A stretch of 64,000 nt of DNA from Peribolospora baueri. Its lineage: Eukaryota. The position numbers and the translations under genes are program-made. Within the stretch, counting starts at the first letter, position 1. The number at the start of each line of letters is the position of its first letter. This document shows positions 63,378 through 64,000 of the stretch, in pieces. Where the stretch lies: contig JAMDHS010000008.1 of NCBI GenBank assembly GCA_029717555.1, positions 310,001 to 374,000 of the forward strand. The letters run 5' to 3'. The notes under the pieces were generated by a model. The model did no database searches. It saw only the letters and a program-made list of their open reading frames with translations, and had not been told where the DNA came from.

Positions 63378-64000
63378 ATGCCTCTCTACTTCCCCGTCGC
63401 TTTCGCCAGCGCCGGCCGCTCCAACGTCGCCCTCCCCCGTCTCGCCCCTTTCTCTCGCCCCAAGCACTTTCACGTCCGCCGCCTTTCCCTCTCCCTCTCC
63501 GTCTCCTCCGACGCTCGAGGCAGGTCCTCTTCCAACGCCGAGCCAGCGTCACCCACACCACCGCCCTCGCCACCACCGACAACGACGACGGCGACAGCGC
63601 TTCCTCCATCGCTGCCCTCCGCGGACCGCCCTGGTGTCCAAGTGCTCTTCGACTCACACCGCACCTATCGCCCCGGAGACACGGTCGCAGGCTTGATCCG
63701 GCTGCCCCACGACGCGCTCGTCGGCGACGATGCCATCAAGCGCATCTTTGTCACCGTCAGAGGCGAGATGAAGTGGTCAGTCGTCGCTTTGTCCCTTCTT
63801 GACCCCTTCCTCGACCGCTGATCCATCGACCCCCGCCACCTCCCGGTTCGCAGCACCTACCTCGCTCCCTCTCGTCCCGCCCCAGGCACCGACGGCCTAG
63901 GCCTCCCCACAGACGCCGTCGTCGTCTCCTCCCTCGACCCCTCCTCCTGTGTCCACCGACACCTCACCACCCGCTTCCTCGACCTCGGCTGGCAGAGTGT
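63378..64000 (+). CDS. Arrestin N-domain-like protein, truncated by the window end
   Basis: VQVLFDSHRTYRPGDTVAGLIRL...IKRIFVTVRGEMK resembles the first strands of an arrestin N domain. Confidence 0.5.

Overview
Gene-dense, intron-rich, GC-rich eukaryotic DNA, most consistent with a basidiomycete fungus (GTGAG/GTGCG donors, CTGAC/CTCAC-type branch sites, mostly ~70-130 nt introns). I can reconstruct about 25 spliced protein genes by hand. Recognised: TFIIB, LtrA family, NOL8-like RRM protein, KRE6, Tls1/C9orf78, PHB1, COG3, NAT4, VPS28, a GH13 alpha-amylase, a LAMTOR1/Ego1-like protein, a FAD amino-acid oxidase, RIT1, CENP-T, NVJ2, Cys2-type acyltransferase, a sterol desaturase/fatty acid hydroxylase, a RING-ankyrin protein, ARL1, COA6, LYS4 and a partial arrestin-like gene. 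There are two intron-containing tRNA-Lys(CTT) genes. Most unusual signals: (1) the two tRNA-Lys genes are an inverted ~200-bp cassette duplication 26 kb apart, each surrounded by decayed tRNA fragments, one preceded by a repeat array of its own 5' leader and the other by a 61-nt poly-C tract; (2) a solitary, disrupted Ty3/gypsy-type capsid (gag) ORF with an acidic repeat N-terminus and no visible pol or LTR; (3) a CENP-T carrying six ~55-aa tandem repeats; (4) strongly structured introns in ARL1 and PHB1. All identifications are from motif recognition by eye, no database search was run, and exon boundaries are manual estimates.
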